A DNA stretch of 64,000 nt from positions 1 to 64,000 of the forward strand of contig CBDCZH010000001.1 of the NCBI GenBank assembly GCA_965224485.1. The letters run 5' to 3'. The stretch is from Arcobacteraceae bacterium (lineage in GTDB: Bacteria > Campylobacterota > Campylobacteria > Campylobacterales > Arcobacteraceae). Below the pieces are notes generated by a model, which worked only from the letters and a program-made list of their open reading frames with translations, searched no databases and was not told the DNA's origin. The stretch's first letter is position 1. Every line of letters begins with the position of its first letter. This document shows, in pieces, positions 38,938 through 49,342 of the stretch. The translations under genes and the position numbers were made by a program.

Positions 38938-39603
38938 ATGAAAGTATTATTATTAGAAGATGACCTAGCTTTAAGTGATATTTTATATGAGCATTTAAAA
39001 TATAGAGATTTTGACGTCACCTTAGCTTTTAATGGAGAAGATGCTCTAGAAGCTCTAATTGAAGAGGTTTATGATTTTGCAATCTTAGATATAAATACAC
39101 CAAAACTTTCTGGGTTAGAGGTGTTAAAAACACTTAGAAGTGAGTATAAAAACCAAACACCTATAATAGTTGTAACTGCTTACCAAGATACAAAACATTT
39201 AAAAGAATCTTTTGAAAATGGTGTTGATGATTATATTAAAAAACCTTTTGATTTAGTAGAGTTAGATCAAAGAATAAATAAATTATGTAGACATTTCTCT
39301 TTAGAGCAAGAAGGTGAGTTAAAATTAGATGATAATATATCTTTATATCTTGAATCTTGTGAAGTTGTAATTAATAATAAATCAATTTCTATTGCACAAA
39401 AAGAGAGAGATATACTTAAATATTTTGTAACACATAAAAATAGAGTCATTTCTAGTGATGAGTTATTACAAAATATGTGGAATTATGATGAACAACCAAC
39501 GGATGCAACTATTAGAGTTTATATAAAAAACTTAAGAGAGTTATTGGGACGTGAAAAAATTGTAACAATAAGAGGAATAGGGTACAAATTTGAACAAAAA
39601 TGA
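38938..39603 (+). CDS. OmpR-family response regulator
   Basis: LLEDD, ILDINTP, DDYIKKPF and IRVYIKNLR...RGIGY motifs. Confidence 0.93.
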   Translation: MKVLLLEDDLALSDILYEHLKYRDFDVTLAFNGEDALEALIEEVYDFAILDINTPKLSGLEVLKTLRSEYKNQTPIIVVTAYQDTKHLKESFENGVDDYIKKPFDLVELDQRINKLCRHFSLEQEGELKLDDNISLYLESCEVVINNKSISIAQKERDILKYFVTHKNRVISSDELLQNMWNYDEQPTDATIRVYIKNLRELLGREKIVTIRGIGYKFEQK

Positions 39604-40762
39604 AAAAAAAGCAGTTATTAGTTTTCTATTTATCTATGTAGGTTCAACAGCACTTTTTTTAGGTGTAATGTTATATATTTATTATGTAAATGAGCTAAAA
39701 ATGTATAATGCACACTGTTCAATGCAAATGTCACGAGCAGCCCAAGAAATAAGAGCTGATATTTTAAAATCATATATGGACAAAAAAACTTTTATTCCTA
39801 AGAAGTTAAAAGAAGAAGCTTTATCTTATGGACTTTTTTCAAAAGATAAAGAAAAAATCTATTCTAGTTTGTCAAATAAAACGAGTATAGATTTTGAACA
39901 AATATCATATGTGAAAAACTCATTTTCTTATCATATAACCAAAATAGATGAAAAATATGAAGAAATAGAGACAAAATATATTGTATTAGAAACAAAACAG
40001 GCTTTTATGGATAAAAGAGACTTACAGGTTTTTGTTCTTTTTGTATTGCTATTTGGAATAATATTTGTCTCTTTTATTGGTTATTTTTTAGTAAAACTTT
40101 TATTAAAACCAGTTAGAGAAAAAATAAAACATATGGATGATTTTATAAAAGATTCTGCTCATGAATTAAATACTCCGGTTGCTGTTTTATTAACTTCTGT
40201 TTCAACACTAAAAAAAGGCATAAATTCTGAAAAAATGCTTAAATATATTTTAAGTTCTTCTAAGCAAATTTCTGAAATTTATAACGATATTCATTTTTCA
40301 GCTTTTAATGAAATAAATGAAAATGTTGAAGAAGAGCTTGATTTAGATGTATTAATTAAAGAAAGTGTATATTTTTTAAGTGATATTGCTAATGCTAAGA
40401 GCATAACAATATCGAGTGTACTTTCTGATACTAAAATTTATATGGATAGAACAAAAACAAGAAAACTTGTAAATAATCTTATTTCAAATGCTATAAAATA
40501 TTCACATAAAGATTCAATTATTGAAGTTGCTCTAAAAGAGTATAAGTTTTGTGTAAAAGATTATGGAATAGGAATATCTTCAAAAGATCAAAAAGACATT
40601 TTTACAAGATATAAAAGGGGACAAAACAATGAAGGTGGTTTTGGAATTGGTTTAGATATAGTTTCAAAAATTAATTATGAATATAATTTAAAACTATCTC
40701 TAAACTCAAAACTTAATGTTGGTTCAGAGTTTTGTATAGACTTTGCAAATATTAAAAGATAG
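39590..40762 (+). CDS. Sensor histidine kinase
   Basis: Two TM helices, SAHELNTP, NLISNAIKY, DYGIGI, GFGIGL. Confidence 0.93.
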   Translation: MNKNEKKAVISFLFIYVGSTALFLGVMLYIYYVNELKMYNAHCSMQMSRAAQEIRADILKSYMDKKTFIPKKLKEEALSYGLFSKDKEKIYSSLSNKTSIDFEQISYVKNSFSYHITKIDEKYEEIETKYIVLETKQAFMDKRDLQVFVLFVLLFGIIFVSFIGYFLVKLLLKPVREKIKHMDDFIKDSAHELNTPVAVLLTSVSTLKKGINSEKMLKYILSSSKQISEIYNDIHFSAFNEINENVEEELDLDVLIKESVYFLSDIANAKSITISSVLSDTKIYMDRTKTRKLVNNLISNAIKYSHKDSIIEVALKEYKFCVKDYGIGISSKDQKDIFTRYKRGQNNEGGFGIGLDIVSKINYEYNLKLSLNSKLNVGSEFCIDFANIKR

Positions 40763-41354
40763 TATTTATTTGCAAAGTAATAGTAAGGTCTTCTTGTTTA
40801 TCATATGTTCGTAAAGAAGAGCTAATGGATTTTTTATTGTAATTTGATAATTTTGCTTGAATACTTTGTAAAATATGCCAGAATTTTTCATTAAAAGGTG
40901 TATTTACTTCTTTGATTTTATTCTTAAGGATTTTATCAACTATTATTTCTATTAAATGCTCATAAAAAAGTTTATTTGTTCTTCTTTGTTTTCTATATGG
41001 TTTCATAATAATTAAATTATTTCTATATACTTTTAACTCTTCTTCATTTAAGTTTTTATTAGAAAGATTTTCTATTTCTTGATCTAAAAAACTGTCTATC
41101 TCAGCTGTTTCTTTAGCCCATACGTCTTTTAAAGAGGGTTTTAACTCTAAAATAGTATCACATGTTATTTTATCTTCATGTTGTAAGTCTTTTATATCAT
41201 AGTGGTATATTATCTCTTTTTTATAATCATGTGATATTGCTTTATAAATCTGCATACAGTGATTTATATAAATATATTTATCCTCTTTGCCTGTTTTAAA
41301 AGATACTCCAATAGGAGAAATAATTGCTTTTGGTCCAACATATTTAAGTTTCAT
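40752..41354 (-). CDS. Conserved hypothetical protein
   Basis: 200-aa ORF with AAAAGG SD; no recognisable motif. Confidence 0.7.
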   Translation of the reverse strand: MKLKYVGPKAIISPIGVSFKTGKEDKYIYINHCMQIYKAISHDYKKEIIYHYDIKDLQHEDKITCDTILELKPSLKDVWAKETAEIDSFLDQEIENLSNKNLNEEELKVYRNNLIIMKPYRKQRRTNKLFYEHLIEIIVDKILKNKIKEVNTPFNEKFWHILQSIQAKLSNYNKKSISSSLRTYDKQEDLTITLQINTIF

Positions 41355-41404
41355 AATAAGCCTTTTTTATATATAATTAAATTATAATATATAAAAGGTT
41401 TAAA

Positions 41405-41986
41405 ATGAATAATATAATAGAAAATTTTAAAACAAAAGAGTTAAAAGATACAAAATTTGTACATCCTTTTTCCATATCTTATACTCAAAATGGAATAAAT
41501 AAAACTTGGGAAGCTGTAAAAAGCTTTGATAGTGTTGCAATTTTATTATTTCACGAAGAAAAAAACTCATTTTTACTAGTAAAACAATTTAGACCTCCTG
41601 TTTATTTAAATGATAAAAGCAAGCTTTACACTTATGAGTTATGTGCAGGAATAATTGATAAAAAGACTTCATTAAAACAAATTGTAAAAGAAGAAATAGA
41701 AGAAGAGTGTGGTTATGATGTATCTTTAAATGAGATAGAAAAGATTACTTCTTTTTATACAAATGTAGGAGTAAGTGGTGCTTTACAACACTTGTATTAT
41801 GCAAAAATAGATAAAAACATGAAAGTACATGAAGGAGGGGGTATTCATAGTGAACAAATTGATTTATTTTATTTACCCCTGTCTAAAGTAGAAGAGTTTA
41901 TGTATGATGAAAATATAGCTAAAACACCTGGTTTGATGTTTTCTTTTTATTGGTTTCAAAAAAAGATTTTAAAAAAACTTTTTTAA
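41405..41986 (+). CDS. NUDIX hydrolase (nucleotide-sugar/ADP-ribose pyrophosphatase type)
   Basis: VKQFRPP and ELCAGIID...EEIEEECGY Nudix box. Confidence 0.92.
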   Translation: MNNIIENFKTKELKDTKFVHPFSISYTQNGINKTWEAVKSFDSVAILLFHEEKNSFLLVKQFRPPVYLNDKSKLYTYELCAGIIDKKTSLKQIVKEEIEEECGYDVSLNEIEKITSFYTNVGVSGALQHLYYAKIDKNMKVHEGGGIHSEQIDLFYLPLSKVEEFMYDENIAKTPGLMFSFYWFQKKILKKLF

Positions 41987-42034
41987 GTTTTTTTATATCT
42001 TTTACTACTCTTCTAAATATTTTTAAAGCTTGTT

Positions 42035-43006
42035 TTATCTTGATAAACTAATTCCAAAAGAAAACCTACTAATGCTTTTATCATAATCAATTAAACTATC
42101 TCCATATCCATTTGAAATTTGAACATAAGCAAAAGTATCTTTTGAAGAGAACAATGGAAAGGTATAATCTATTTGGGCATAAGATTTGTTTTTATCATTA
42201 AACCTTAAGTTATTTCTAAATAAAAGTTTAAATACATGTTTTTTAAAAGGAAGTAAAAAAGTAATATCTCCATAACCTAAATAATTCTCAATATCTTTAT
42301 TATCATCATCTTTTTTATCTTCCCTTAATCTATACCATATTTTTGGAACAATAAAAAGATTTGATACTTGAAAATAACTCTCTAAGTAAATTCTATTCCA
42401 AGAGCGTGAGTTTTCATCTTTTCTTCCATTTGACTCATGTAAAAGACCTATTTTAAAGGCTTTTAATGAGGTTTTGTCTTTTTTCCCATAAGGAATATTT
42501 ACAAAAATCTCAGGAGCGTAATTTGTTTCTCTAAAAGGAGCAGAAGGAGAATATATTTGCCACCAAGAAGTTTGAGTATAAGCAAAATAGAAACTTTCAT
42601 TTAAATTAAAAAAGTTTTTAATAATTGGTTTTTTTATACTAAGTTGAAATTTAGCTTCATTTATATTTCTATCTTTTATCTTAGTACTTGTATGAGAAAA
42701 AGGAAGAAAATAATTCTCTTTATAAGGATAAATATTAAAAGATGAACTAAGAACTTGCTCAATTGTTTTAACAGTTTGTTCATCTTGTACTTCATTAAGT
42801 ATTAATTTTGAAGCTTGAATAATATCTTCTTGTTCTTTATTTATATATCTAAGTTCTAGTTTTTTAGATGCAATTTGTTTATATAAAAGCATAGCTTCTT
42901 TATAATTATGTTTATTTTGTGCTTCTTGTGCTTTTTCATATAAATTATCAAAGTTTAAACTAAAAGCAAAGATAGAAATAAAGCATAGTAGAAATATTTT
43001 TAGCAT
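42035..43006 (-). CDS. pldA: Outer-membrane phospholipase A
   Basis: KFQLS, YTQTSWWQ, PFRETNY, HESNG...SRSWNR catalytic motif, GYGDSLIDY. Confidence 0.95.
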   Translation of the reverse strand: MLKIFLLCFISIFAFSLNFDNLYEKAQEAQNKHNYKEAMLLYKQIASKKLELRYINKEQEDIIQASKLILNEVQDEQTVKTIEQVLSSSFNIYPYKENYFLPFSHTSTKIKDRNINEAKFQLSIKKPIIKNFFNLNESFYFAYTQTSWWQIYSPSAPFRETNYAPEIFVNIPYGKKDKTSLKAFKIGLLHESNGRKDENSRSWNRIYLESYFQVSNLFIVPKIWYRLREDKKDDDNKDIENYLGYGDITFLLPFKKHVFKLLFRNNLRFNDKNKSYAQIDYTFPLFSSKDTFAYVQISNGYGDSLIDYDKSISRFSFGISLSR

Positions 43007-43079
43007 AATATTTACGACTCCTTTTAGGTTTTGCTAATTTTACTGCTTTGTAGCTTTATATATCTTTTTCTAATTTATT

Positions 43080-43112
43080 TGCAAGCTATGTGAAAGATTT
43101 TTTTGTTAAAAT
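43080..43112 (+). promoter_or_regulatory. Putative TctD-type box and extended -10 of the usp-tctD-tctE operon
   Basis: TGCAAGCTATGTGAAAGATTT, then TGtTAAAAT; 18/21 identical to the box upstream of tctC. Confidence 0.7.
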
Positions 43113-43135
43113 AGAAAAAAATACAGGGGCATATC

Positions 43136-43984
43136 TTGACTTATAAAAAAATGTTTTTTCCAATTGGTGGAGGAGAAGAGTTAGAATCTAGGTTATGTGG
43201 TGCAATATTAGTTGCAAAATATTTTAAAACTAATTTAGAAATATTAAAATGTGAATCTAATCCTAATAGTACTTTAGCAAAAAAATTAAATTTGCCAAAA
43301 CATATACAAAAAGAGATTGATGATGTTTTGTCTTCTCAAATAGATAGTGAGCATAAACTTTTTGAAGAGTTTTTTTCAAAAATTGCTAAAAAAATGGATA
43401 TTACTATTTCAAAAGATTTATTAGAAAATAAAGCGAGTGTTTATATAAATACAAAAAATGGATATAGAAGTAAAGTTGTAGAACAGGCTTCTAAATTTTG
43501 TGACTTAGTAATTGCAGCAGCTCCTCCTTTAGGTGTTTCAACAGCTACATTTGAGGCTGCTGTTTTAACAAGTGGAAAGCCTGTTTTGATGATTCCTAGA
43601 GTTTTAGAAACATTTGATACTAAAAATATAATAATTGGTTGGAACAACTCCCCTGAAGTTTCAAGAGCTGTGACTTCTTCTATTGAGATTTTAAAAGAAG
43701 CACAAAAAGTACATATTGTTTCGTCATCTCAGTATTCAAAAAATAATTCAAGTATAAATGATTTATTAGCTTATTTAAAATATCATAATATTAATGCTAG
43801 TTATGAAATAGTAAAAACTACAAAAACACCAGGACAAGCCTTATTAACTTCTGCTTTAAATGGAAACTTTGATTTAATTATTGCAGGTGCTTATGGACAT
43901 AGAGGTTTAAAAGAGCTGATGTTTGGTGGAGCTACTAGGTATTTACTAGAAAAATCTAGCTTACCTGTTTTTATGTCACATTAG
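43136..43984 (+). CDS. Universal stress protein (tandem Usp)
   Basis: SGKPVLMIP, IGWNNSPE and GAYGH...ELMFGGATRYLL...PVFMSH motifs. Confidence 0.92.
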   Translation: MTYKKMFFPIGGGEELESRLCGAILVAKYFKTNLEILKCESNPNSTLAKKLNLPKHIQKEIDDVLSSQIDSEHKLFEEFFSKIAKKMDITISKDLLENKASVYINTKNGYRSKVVEQASKFCDLVIAAAPPLGVSTATFEAAVLTSGKPVLMIPRVLETFDTKNIIIGWNNSPEVSRAVTSSIEILKEAQKVHIVSSSQYSKNNSSINDLLAYLKYHNINASYEIVKTTKTPGQALLTSALNGNFDLIIAGAYGHRGLKELMFGGATRYLLEKSSLPVFMSH

Positions 43985-44002
43985 TTTAAAAAAAGTAAAA
44001 AT

Positions 44003-44665
44003 ATGAAAATATTACTTTTAGAAGATAATAAAACTCTTAGTTCTGGTATTTATAAAAGATTAAAAGAACATAATTTTATAGTAGATTGTTTTAGTGATGG
44101 GGCAGAAGGATTATATGCTTTAGAAACTTTTTCATATGACCTTTTGATTTTAGACCTAGGTCTTCCTTCTTTAGATGGAATAGAAATTATAAAAAAACTA
44201 AGAAATTCTAAAGAATATATACCTATTTTAATCATTTCAGCAAGGGATAAATTAGATCAAAGAATTTTAGGTCTTGATGTTGGAGCTGATGATTATTTAT
44301 GTAAACCTTTTGAACTTGAAGAAATTATTGCAAGAGTTCAAGCTTTGTTAAGACGAAGTAAAAATTTAATATCAAAAGTAATTACATATAAAGATTTGCA
44401 CTTTGATTCTGTTAATAAAACTCTTAGTAGAAATGAACAGTATATAGATTTAAGTAAAAGAGAATTAAGTATTTTTGAATATCTTTTATTAAATGTGAAC
44501 AAAGTTGTAAGTAAGGAAAATATTGTTAATAATATTACCTCTTTTGATGATGATTTTAATCCTCGTGCGGTTGAAACATATATCTCAAGATTAAGAAAAA
44601 AACTTGGTACTTCAATAAATCTAAATACTGTTCGCGGTTTAGGTTATATTTTACATTCATTATGA
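44003..44665 (+). CDS. tctD: TctD-like OmpR-family response regulator
   Basis: ILDLGLP, GADDYLCKPF, AVETYISRLRKK; adjacent to a TTT transporter. Confidence 0.8.
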   Translation: MKILLLEDNKTLSSGIYKRLKEHNFIVDCFSDGAEGLYALETFSYDLLILDLGLPSLDGIEIIKKLRNSKEYIPILIISARDKLDQRILGLDVGADDYLCKPFELEEIIARVQALLRRSKNLISKVITYKDLHFDSVNKTLSRNEQYIDLSKRELSIFEYLLLNVNKVVSKENIVNNITSFDDDFNPRAVETYISRLRKKLGTSINLNTVRGLGYILHSL

Positions 44666-46047
44666 AAAAAAATAGTAGCAAAACACAATCAATAAAATCT
44701 AGACTCTTAATTTGGTTAACCATTCCTTTAACTATTTCTATGATTATTTTATTTGTGTATATTTATTTTCTAGTAAATACAAAAGTAAATAATTTCTTTG
44801 ATAAAACTCTTTATGCTAGTGCTAAAAGTATGGAAAATAGTATTGGTGTTAAACATGGCTCTTTAAGCGTTGATTTGGTTTATTTCGCCCTTGATTTATT
44901 ATCTTCAAATACAGAAGGTTTAATATTTTATTCTATTGTAGATGAGAGAAACAAACTTTTAGTTGGATATAAAGATTTACTAAAAAAAGATTTATTAAAA
45001 AATAGAGATAAACTTTTTTATAATACTGTTTATTTGCAAGAGTCCTTAAGAGCTGTATCTTTTAAAACATCAATAATAAGTGCAGGCAAGACTCATATTG
45101 CGATTATTACAATTGCAGAGAGTACTGAAGGGCGTTTATCTACTATAAATGACATCTTAACTAATTTATTTATTATTATGAGTATTGTAATACTTTTTAC
45201 AATAATCATATCTCTTATTGCTGTTTCTAAAGGTTTAGCACCTTTATATTTTTTACGAAAACTAATACAAAAAAGAGATTCAAGAGATTTAAAACCAGTT
45301 AGTTTTGATGCTCCTAAAGAAGTTGAAGAAATAGTAAATAGTATAAACTTATTGCTTAAAAGAAGTAGGGAAAACATAGAATATATTGAACATTTTAATT
45401 CTGATGTTTCTCATCAATTAAGAACACCTTTAGCTGAGTTAAAAATGAAACTTGAACTATCTTATGATAAAGCAGATAAAGAGTATATCTCTTTAGTAAA
45501 ACTTGTTAATTCAATGATTCATATAACAGAACAACTTCTTTTATATGCAAAAACAAATCCTAATACCTTAAATCTTAATCACTTTAAAAAGTTAAACTTA
45601 AATAAAATGTGTAAAGAATATTGTATAAAAACTGCACCTAGAGTTTATGCAAAAGGTTTTGAGTTTGCTTATGAGGGTTTAGAGGAAGATGTTTTTATTA
45701 GCTCTGATTGTATTATTTTAGAATCAATGTTAGATAATATTATAAATAACTCTTTATTTTATGCAATTAATGAAAATAACCATGCAATGGGAACTATTAC
45801 TCTTAGTTTAAAAAGACATAATAATACTATTTGGTTAAGTGTTAAAGATGAAGGTTATGGTTTAGCTAAAAATGATTTAATAAATATTTTTGATAGATTT
45901 TATAGAGTAGATTCCAATTCAAGTGGTAGTGGTTTAGGGCTTAGTATAGTTAAACAAATTGCACTTTTACATAAAGCTAGTGTAGAAGCTAGAAATAATA
46001 ATGGTTTAGAAATTTCAATTATTTTTACTAATTATACAAAAATATAA
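44662..46047 (+). CDS. tctE: TctE-like sensor histidine kinase
   Basis: FDKTLYASA N-terminal sensor start, SHQLRTPL H-box, FDRFYR, GSGLGL. Confidence 0.8.
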   Translation: MKKNSSKTQSIKSRLLIWLTIPLTISMIILFVYIYFLVNTKVNNFFDKTLYASAKSMENSIGVKHGSLSVDLVYFALDLLSSNTEGLIFYSIVDERNKLLVGYKDLLKKDLLKNRDKLFYNTVYLQESLRAVSFKTSIISAGKTHIAIITIAESTEGRLSTINDILTNLFIIMSIVILFTIIISLIAVSKGLAPLYFLRKLIQKRDSRDLKPVSFDAPKEVEEIVNSINLLLKRSRENIEYIEHFNSDVSHQLRTPLAELKMKLELSYDKADKEYISLVKLVNSMIHITEQLLLYAKTNPNTLNLNHFKKLNLNKMCKEYCIKTAPRVYAKGFEFAYEGLEEDVFISSDCIILESMLDNIINNSLFYAINENNHAMGTITLSLKRHNNTIWLSVKDEGYGLAKNDLINIFDRFYRVDSNSSGSGLGLSIVKQIALLHKASVEARNNNGLEISIIFTNYTKI

Positions 46048-46070
46048 ATACTAAAAAGTTTAAAAGAAGA

Positions 46071-46100
46071 ATAAACAAGTAGAAAACTCTACTTGTTTAT
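46071..46100. terminator. Bidirectional terminator between tctE and tctA
   Basis: ATAAACAAGTAGA-aaac-TCTACTTGTTTAT perfect 13-bp stem. Confidence 0.8.
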
Positions 46101-46104
46101 ATAG

Positions 46105-47598
46105 TTATTTTGTTATAGCTTTTATTATCTTAGATCCAAATAGTGAGAATAATAATAGTGCTAGAATTACTAGTGCTATTGGACGTTCAAGTAAATAAGA
46201 TATATTTCCACCAGATATTTGTAAGGTTTGAACTAAAGAACTCTCAGCCATAGAACCTAATAACATTCCAATAACAGCTGCTGGAACTGAGAAGTTATAT
46301 CTTCTAAATACCCAACCAATTATTGCAAAAACTAGAACCGTAATTGGCCCAGACATATTACCAGTTAATCCAAAAGCTCCTGAAACTGCAAGAACTAAAA
46401 CAGAAGGTACTAAATATGTCATTTTTACTTTTATAATAGATGCCAAAACTGGAATTAATAATAAACCTAAAATTATAAGTAAAAATACTTGTCCGAAGTT
46501 TGCAAAAATAATTGCATAAACAATATCCATCTCTTCTCTAATAAATTGAGGACCACCTGTAATATTATGCATAGCAAAAGCTGCTAACATAACAGCAGTT
46601 GCACCTCCTCCTGGAATTCCAAGTGCTAAAAGTGTTGCCATTGAACCAGCTTCAGAGGTTGAATTAGCAGCTTCTGAGGCTACTACACCTTTTGGATTAC
46701 CCTTACCAAAAGAATCAGGATCTTTATCTCTTCTTTTAGTTTCGATATAAGATAATAGATTTGATACAGAAGAACCAACTCCTGGAACTGCTCCTATTAA
46801 AACTCCAATTAAACTTCCACGTATTAAAATAACAGGATAAGAAAAAGCTTGTCTAAAACCTTTTAGTATTTCAGATATTCTAACTTGTCTTTTACTTTCA
46901 TCTTCAACTAAAAACTCAGATTTAACAAGTTTAAAGAGCTCAGATGCTGCAAACATTCCCATCATTGCAGGAATTACAGGAATTCCATCTGCAAGAAGTT
47001 CTATATCCATAGTTCCTCTCATAACTCCAGCCTCACTAAAACCAATAGTTCCAATTAAAAGACCAAAAAGACCAGCAATTAAACCTTTTACTACATGTTT
47101 ACCAGTTAAAGAAGCGATTAGCGTTAAACCCCAAAAAATAACCATAAACATCTCAGCAGGTCCTAGTTTTAAAACAAATAAAGACATTGGTTTAATTAAA
47201 AAGAATAATAAAACATATCCAATTAAAACACCAAAAGTAGATGATCCTAAAGCTAAACCTAAGGCTTCATTATGTCTTCCTTGTTTTGCCATAGGATAAC
47301 CATCAAAAGCTGTAGCAATTGCGGAAGAAGTTCCTGGTATATTCATCAAAATTGCAGGCACTCCTGCTCCAAATCCACCACCTGTAAAAATAGCTGTTAA
47401 AAATAACATTGCTTGTAAAAAATCCATATACAAAGTCATTGGTAAGAAAATAGCCATTGCCATAGATGTTTGTAAACCAGGTGTTGCTCCAAAAAATAAA
47501 CCAATCATAATTCCAGGAATTACAACTAACCAATATTGAGGTTCTGAAAAAAGTAAAGTAAGCGCATCTTGCGCTGCATTTATATCAATTATATTCAT
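46105..47598 (-). CDS. tctA: Tripartite tricarboxylate transporter large permease TctA
   Basis: ILMNIPGT...DGYPMAKQG, EAANS and LGIPG motifs. Confidence 0.93.
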   Translation of the reverse strand: MNIIDINAAQDALTLLFSEPQYWLVVIPGIMIGLFFGATPGLQTSMAMAIFLPMTLYMDFLQAMLFLTAIFTGGGFGAGVPAILMNIPGTSSAIATAFDGYPMAKQGRHNEALGLALGSSTFGVLIGYVLLFFLIKPMSLFVLKLGPAEMFMVIFWGLTLIASLTGKHVVKGLIAGLFGLLIGTIGFSEAGVMRGTMDIELLADGIPVIPAMMGMFAASELFKLVKSEFLVEDESKRQVRISEILKGFRQAFSYPVILIRGSLIGVLIGAVPGVGSSVSNLLSYIETKRRDKDPDSFGKGNPKGVVASEAANSTSEAGSMATLLALGIPGGGATAVMLAAFAMHNITGGPQFIREEMDIVYAIIFANFGQVFLLIILGLLLIPVLASIIKVKMTYLVPSVLVLAVSGAFGLTGNMSGPITVLVFAIIGWVFRRYNFSVPAAVIGMLLGSMAESSLVQTLQISGGNISYLLERPIALVILALLLFSLFGSKIIKAITK

Positions 47599-47607
47599 TA
47601 TATAGTC

Positions 47608-48060
47608 CTAATAATCAGTTGGAAAAATAAGCATAGGCATAGGGTATGGTAACATTAGTGAAAAAAAGTATGATATTAAAAATCCATATACTAAACTATA
47701 TCCAAGTATCCAAGTCCATCTAGTTTCACCATGAAAGAATAAGAATAGTGCAATAAATATTACTGTTCCAATATCAAAACCTAAAATTTCTAAAGTAAAA
47801 ACGTAAAGTGTAAATAAAATAATTACAGGTAAAACAGTTGTAATATCTTCTTTTTTATCTTTGTCATCTTCTATTTCATCTTTATGGGTAAAAAAATCAT
47901 ATAAACATAAGCATAAAGTTATTGCAGTTATTGGAAGAATCAGTATCATGTTTTCTAAACTACTTGAAGCTCTATGTGCATCAAGTGCATACCATATTAC
48001 AAAAGAAGCTAAGCATAGGATTACTATGCTATTAGCCACTCTTTGTTTTGAAAAAGTCAT
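47608..48060 (-). CDS. tctB: Tripartite tricarboxylate transporter small subunit TctB
   Basis: 4-TM protein between tctC and tctA. Confidence 0.85.
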   Translation of the reverse strand: MTFSKQRVANSIVILCLASFVIWYALDAHRASSSLENMILILPITAITLCLCLYDFFTHKDEIEDDKDKKEDITTVLPVIILFTLYVFTLEILGFDIGTVIFIALFLFFHGETRWTWILGYSLVYGFLISYFFSLMLPYPMPMLIFPTDY

Positions 48061-48070
48061 TTATCTAACT

Positions 48071-49069
48071 CTATTTTTTTAATAAATAACTATATGATTT
48101 AAAAATATCAAATGATTTTAAAATTAACTCATTTGATTTTTCAGGACCAGTCCATGTATATCCAATATTACTTTTTTTAAGAAACTTTTGAACACCTTTT
48201 GTTGCAAGAGTTCTTTTTATTGCATCTTTTAAAGTATTAAATCTTTGGGGATATTTATTTTTAAACTTAGTAGATACTGCAAATCCTCTCATAGAACCTG
48301 GAAATACTGGAAGTTCAAATCCTAAAGGTTTAATTGCTTCATTTAACGTAGGAGCATCCCATTGTTTCATTCTTTTATCTTTAACTATTGCTAAAGGACG
48401 AATAAATTCTCTAATACTTTCACTTCCTTGAGCTGAAATTGCGATTAAATCAACTTGCCCACCAGCAACTGCTGTTCTAGCTTTTCCACCAGAACTATAA
48501 GTAACTAAGTTTAAGTTTTCTTGAGGAATATTATATTTTTCTAATAATAGTTTTAAAATTAAATGTCCACCACTTCCTTGAACAACTGCTGCTTTAACTG
48601 TTTTTGGTTTGTTTTTAATTTCATTTAAAAGTTCAACCATAGTTTTAAATTTTGTGTCTTTATTAACAGCTAATAATTCAAAGTCAAACCATTGAATATT
48701 TATAAATGAGAAATCATTCATACTATATTTAGCTCCACCTGTTAAGATAGTATTTGCTAAGTATGGTGAGAATGTTGATGCAAAAACTGTATATCCATTT
48801 GCTGGTTTTTTAAGTACATAATTTGCTGCAATTTGAGTTCCTGCACCTTTTTTATTTACTATTTTAATTCTTTGTCCTATTTCATCTGAAAGAAAAGTTG
48901 ACATTGTTCTTGTCATTCTATCAGCACTTCCTCCAATACCAAATCCAACTACAACATTTATAGTTTTACTTGGGTATGAGTCTGCTTGAATATTGCTTGT
49001 TAAAAGCCCTAAACCTATTATTGAAAGGCTTGCAATTTTTATTGCTGATTTCATCATTGTTTTATACAT
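48071..49069 (-). CDS. tctC: Tripartite tricarboxylate transporter substrate-binding protein (TctC/Bug)
   Basis: Signal peptide, YPSKTINVVVGFGIGGSADR, NKKGAG and YSSGG motifs. Confidence 0.92.
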   Translation of the reverse strand: MYKTMMKSAIKIASLSIIGLGLLTSNIQADSYPSKTINVVVGFGIGGSADRMTRTMSTFLSDEIGQRIKIVNKKGAGTQIAANYVLKKPANGYTVFASTFSPYLANTILTGGAKYSMNDFSFINIQWFDFELLAVNKDTKFKTMVELLNEIKNKPKTVKAAVVQGSGGHLILKLLLEKYNIPQENLNLVTYSSGGKARTAVAGGQVDLIAISAQGSESIREFIRPLAIVKDKRMKQWDAPTLNEAIKPLGFELPVFPGSMRGFAVSTKFKNKYPQRFNTLKDAIKRTLATKGVQKFLKKSNIGYTWTGPEKSNELILKSFDIFKSYSYLLKK

Positions 49070-49095
49070 TCTATCTCCTTTAAATTTATAAATTC

Positions 49096-49128
49096 ACTTT
49101 ATCATACAAATCTGTCGCCTAGCTTGCA
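49096..49128 (-). promoter_or_regulatory. Putative TctD-type box and extended -10 of tctCBA
   Basis: Minus strand TGCAAGCTAGGCGACAGATTT, then TGaTAAAGT, with the same spacing as at 43080. Confidence 0.7.
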
Positions 49129-49342
49129 TATTAAATATATAAATAATTAAAGTCTTGATATTTTAAGGCTTAAAAAAAATAAAGTGGAATCTTGATAAAA
49201 ATTAATTTATAGAAGAGGGTTTTAAATAGTATCTTCGCACTATGTATCAGCTGATACAAGTGCTAAAATTGAAAGTTTTGTTTATATTCTATTTTTAGAA
49301 ATACTTTATATAACTGTATAAAAGTGTAATTGATATATGAGT

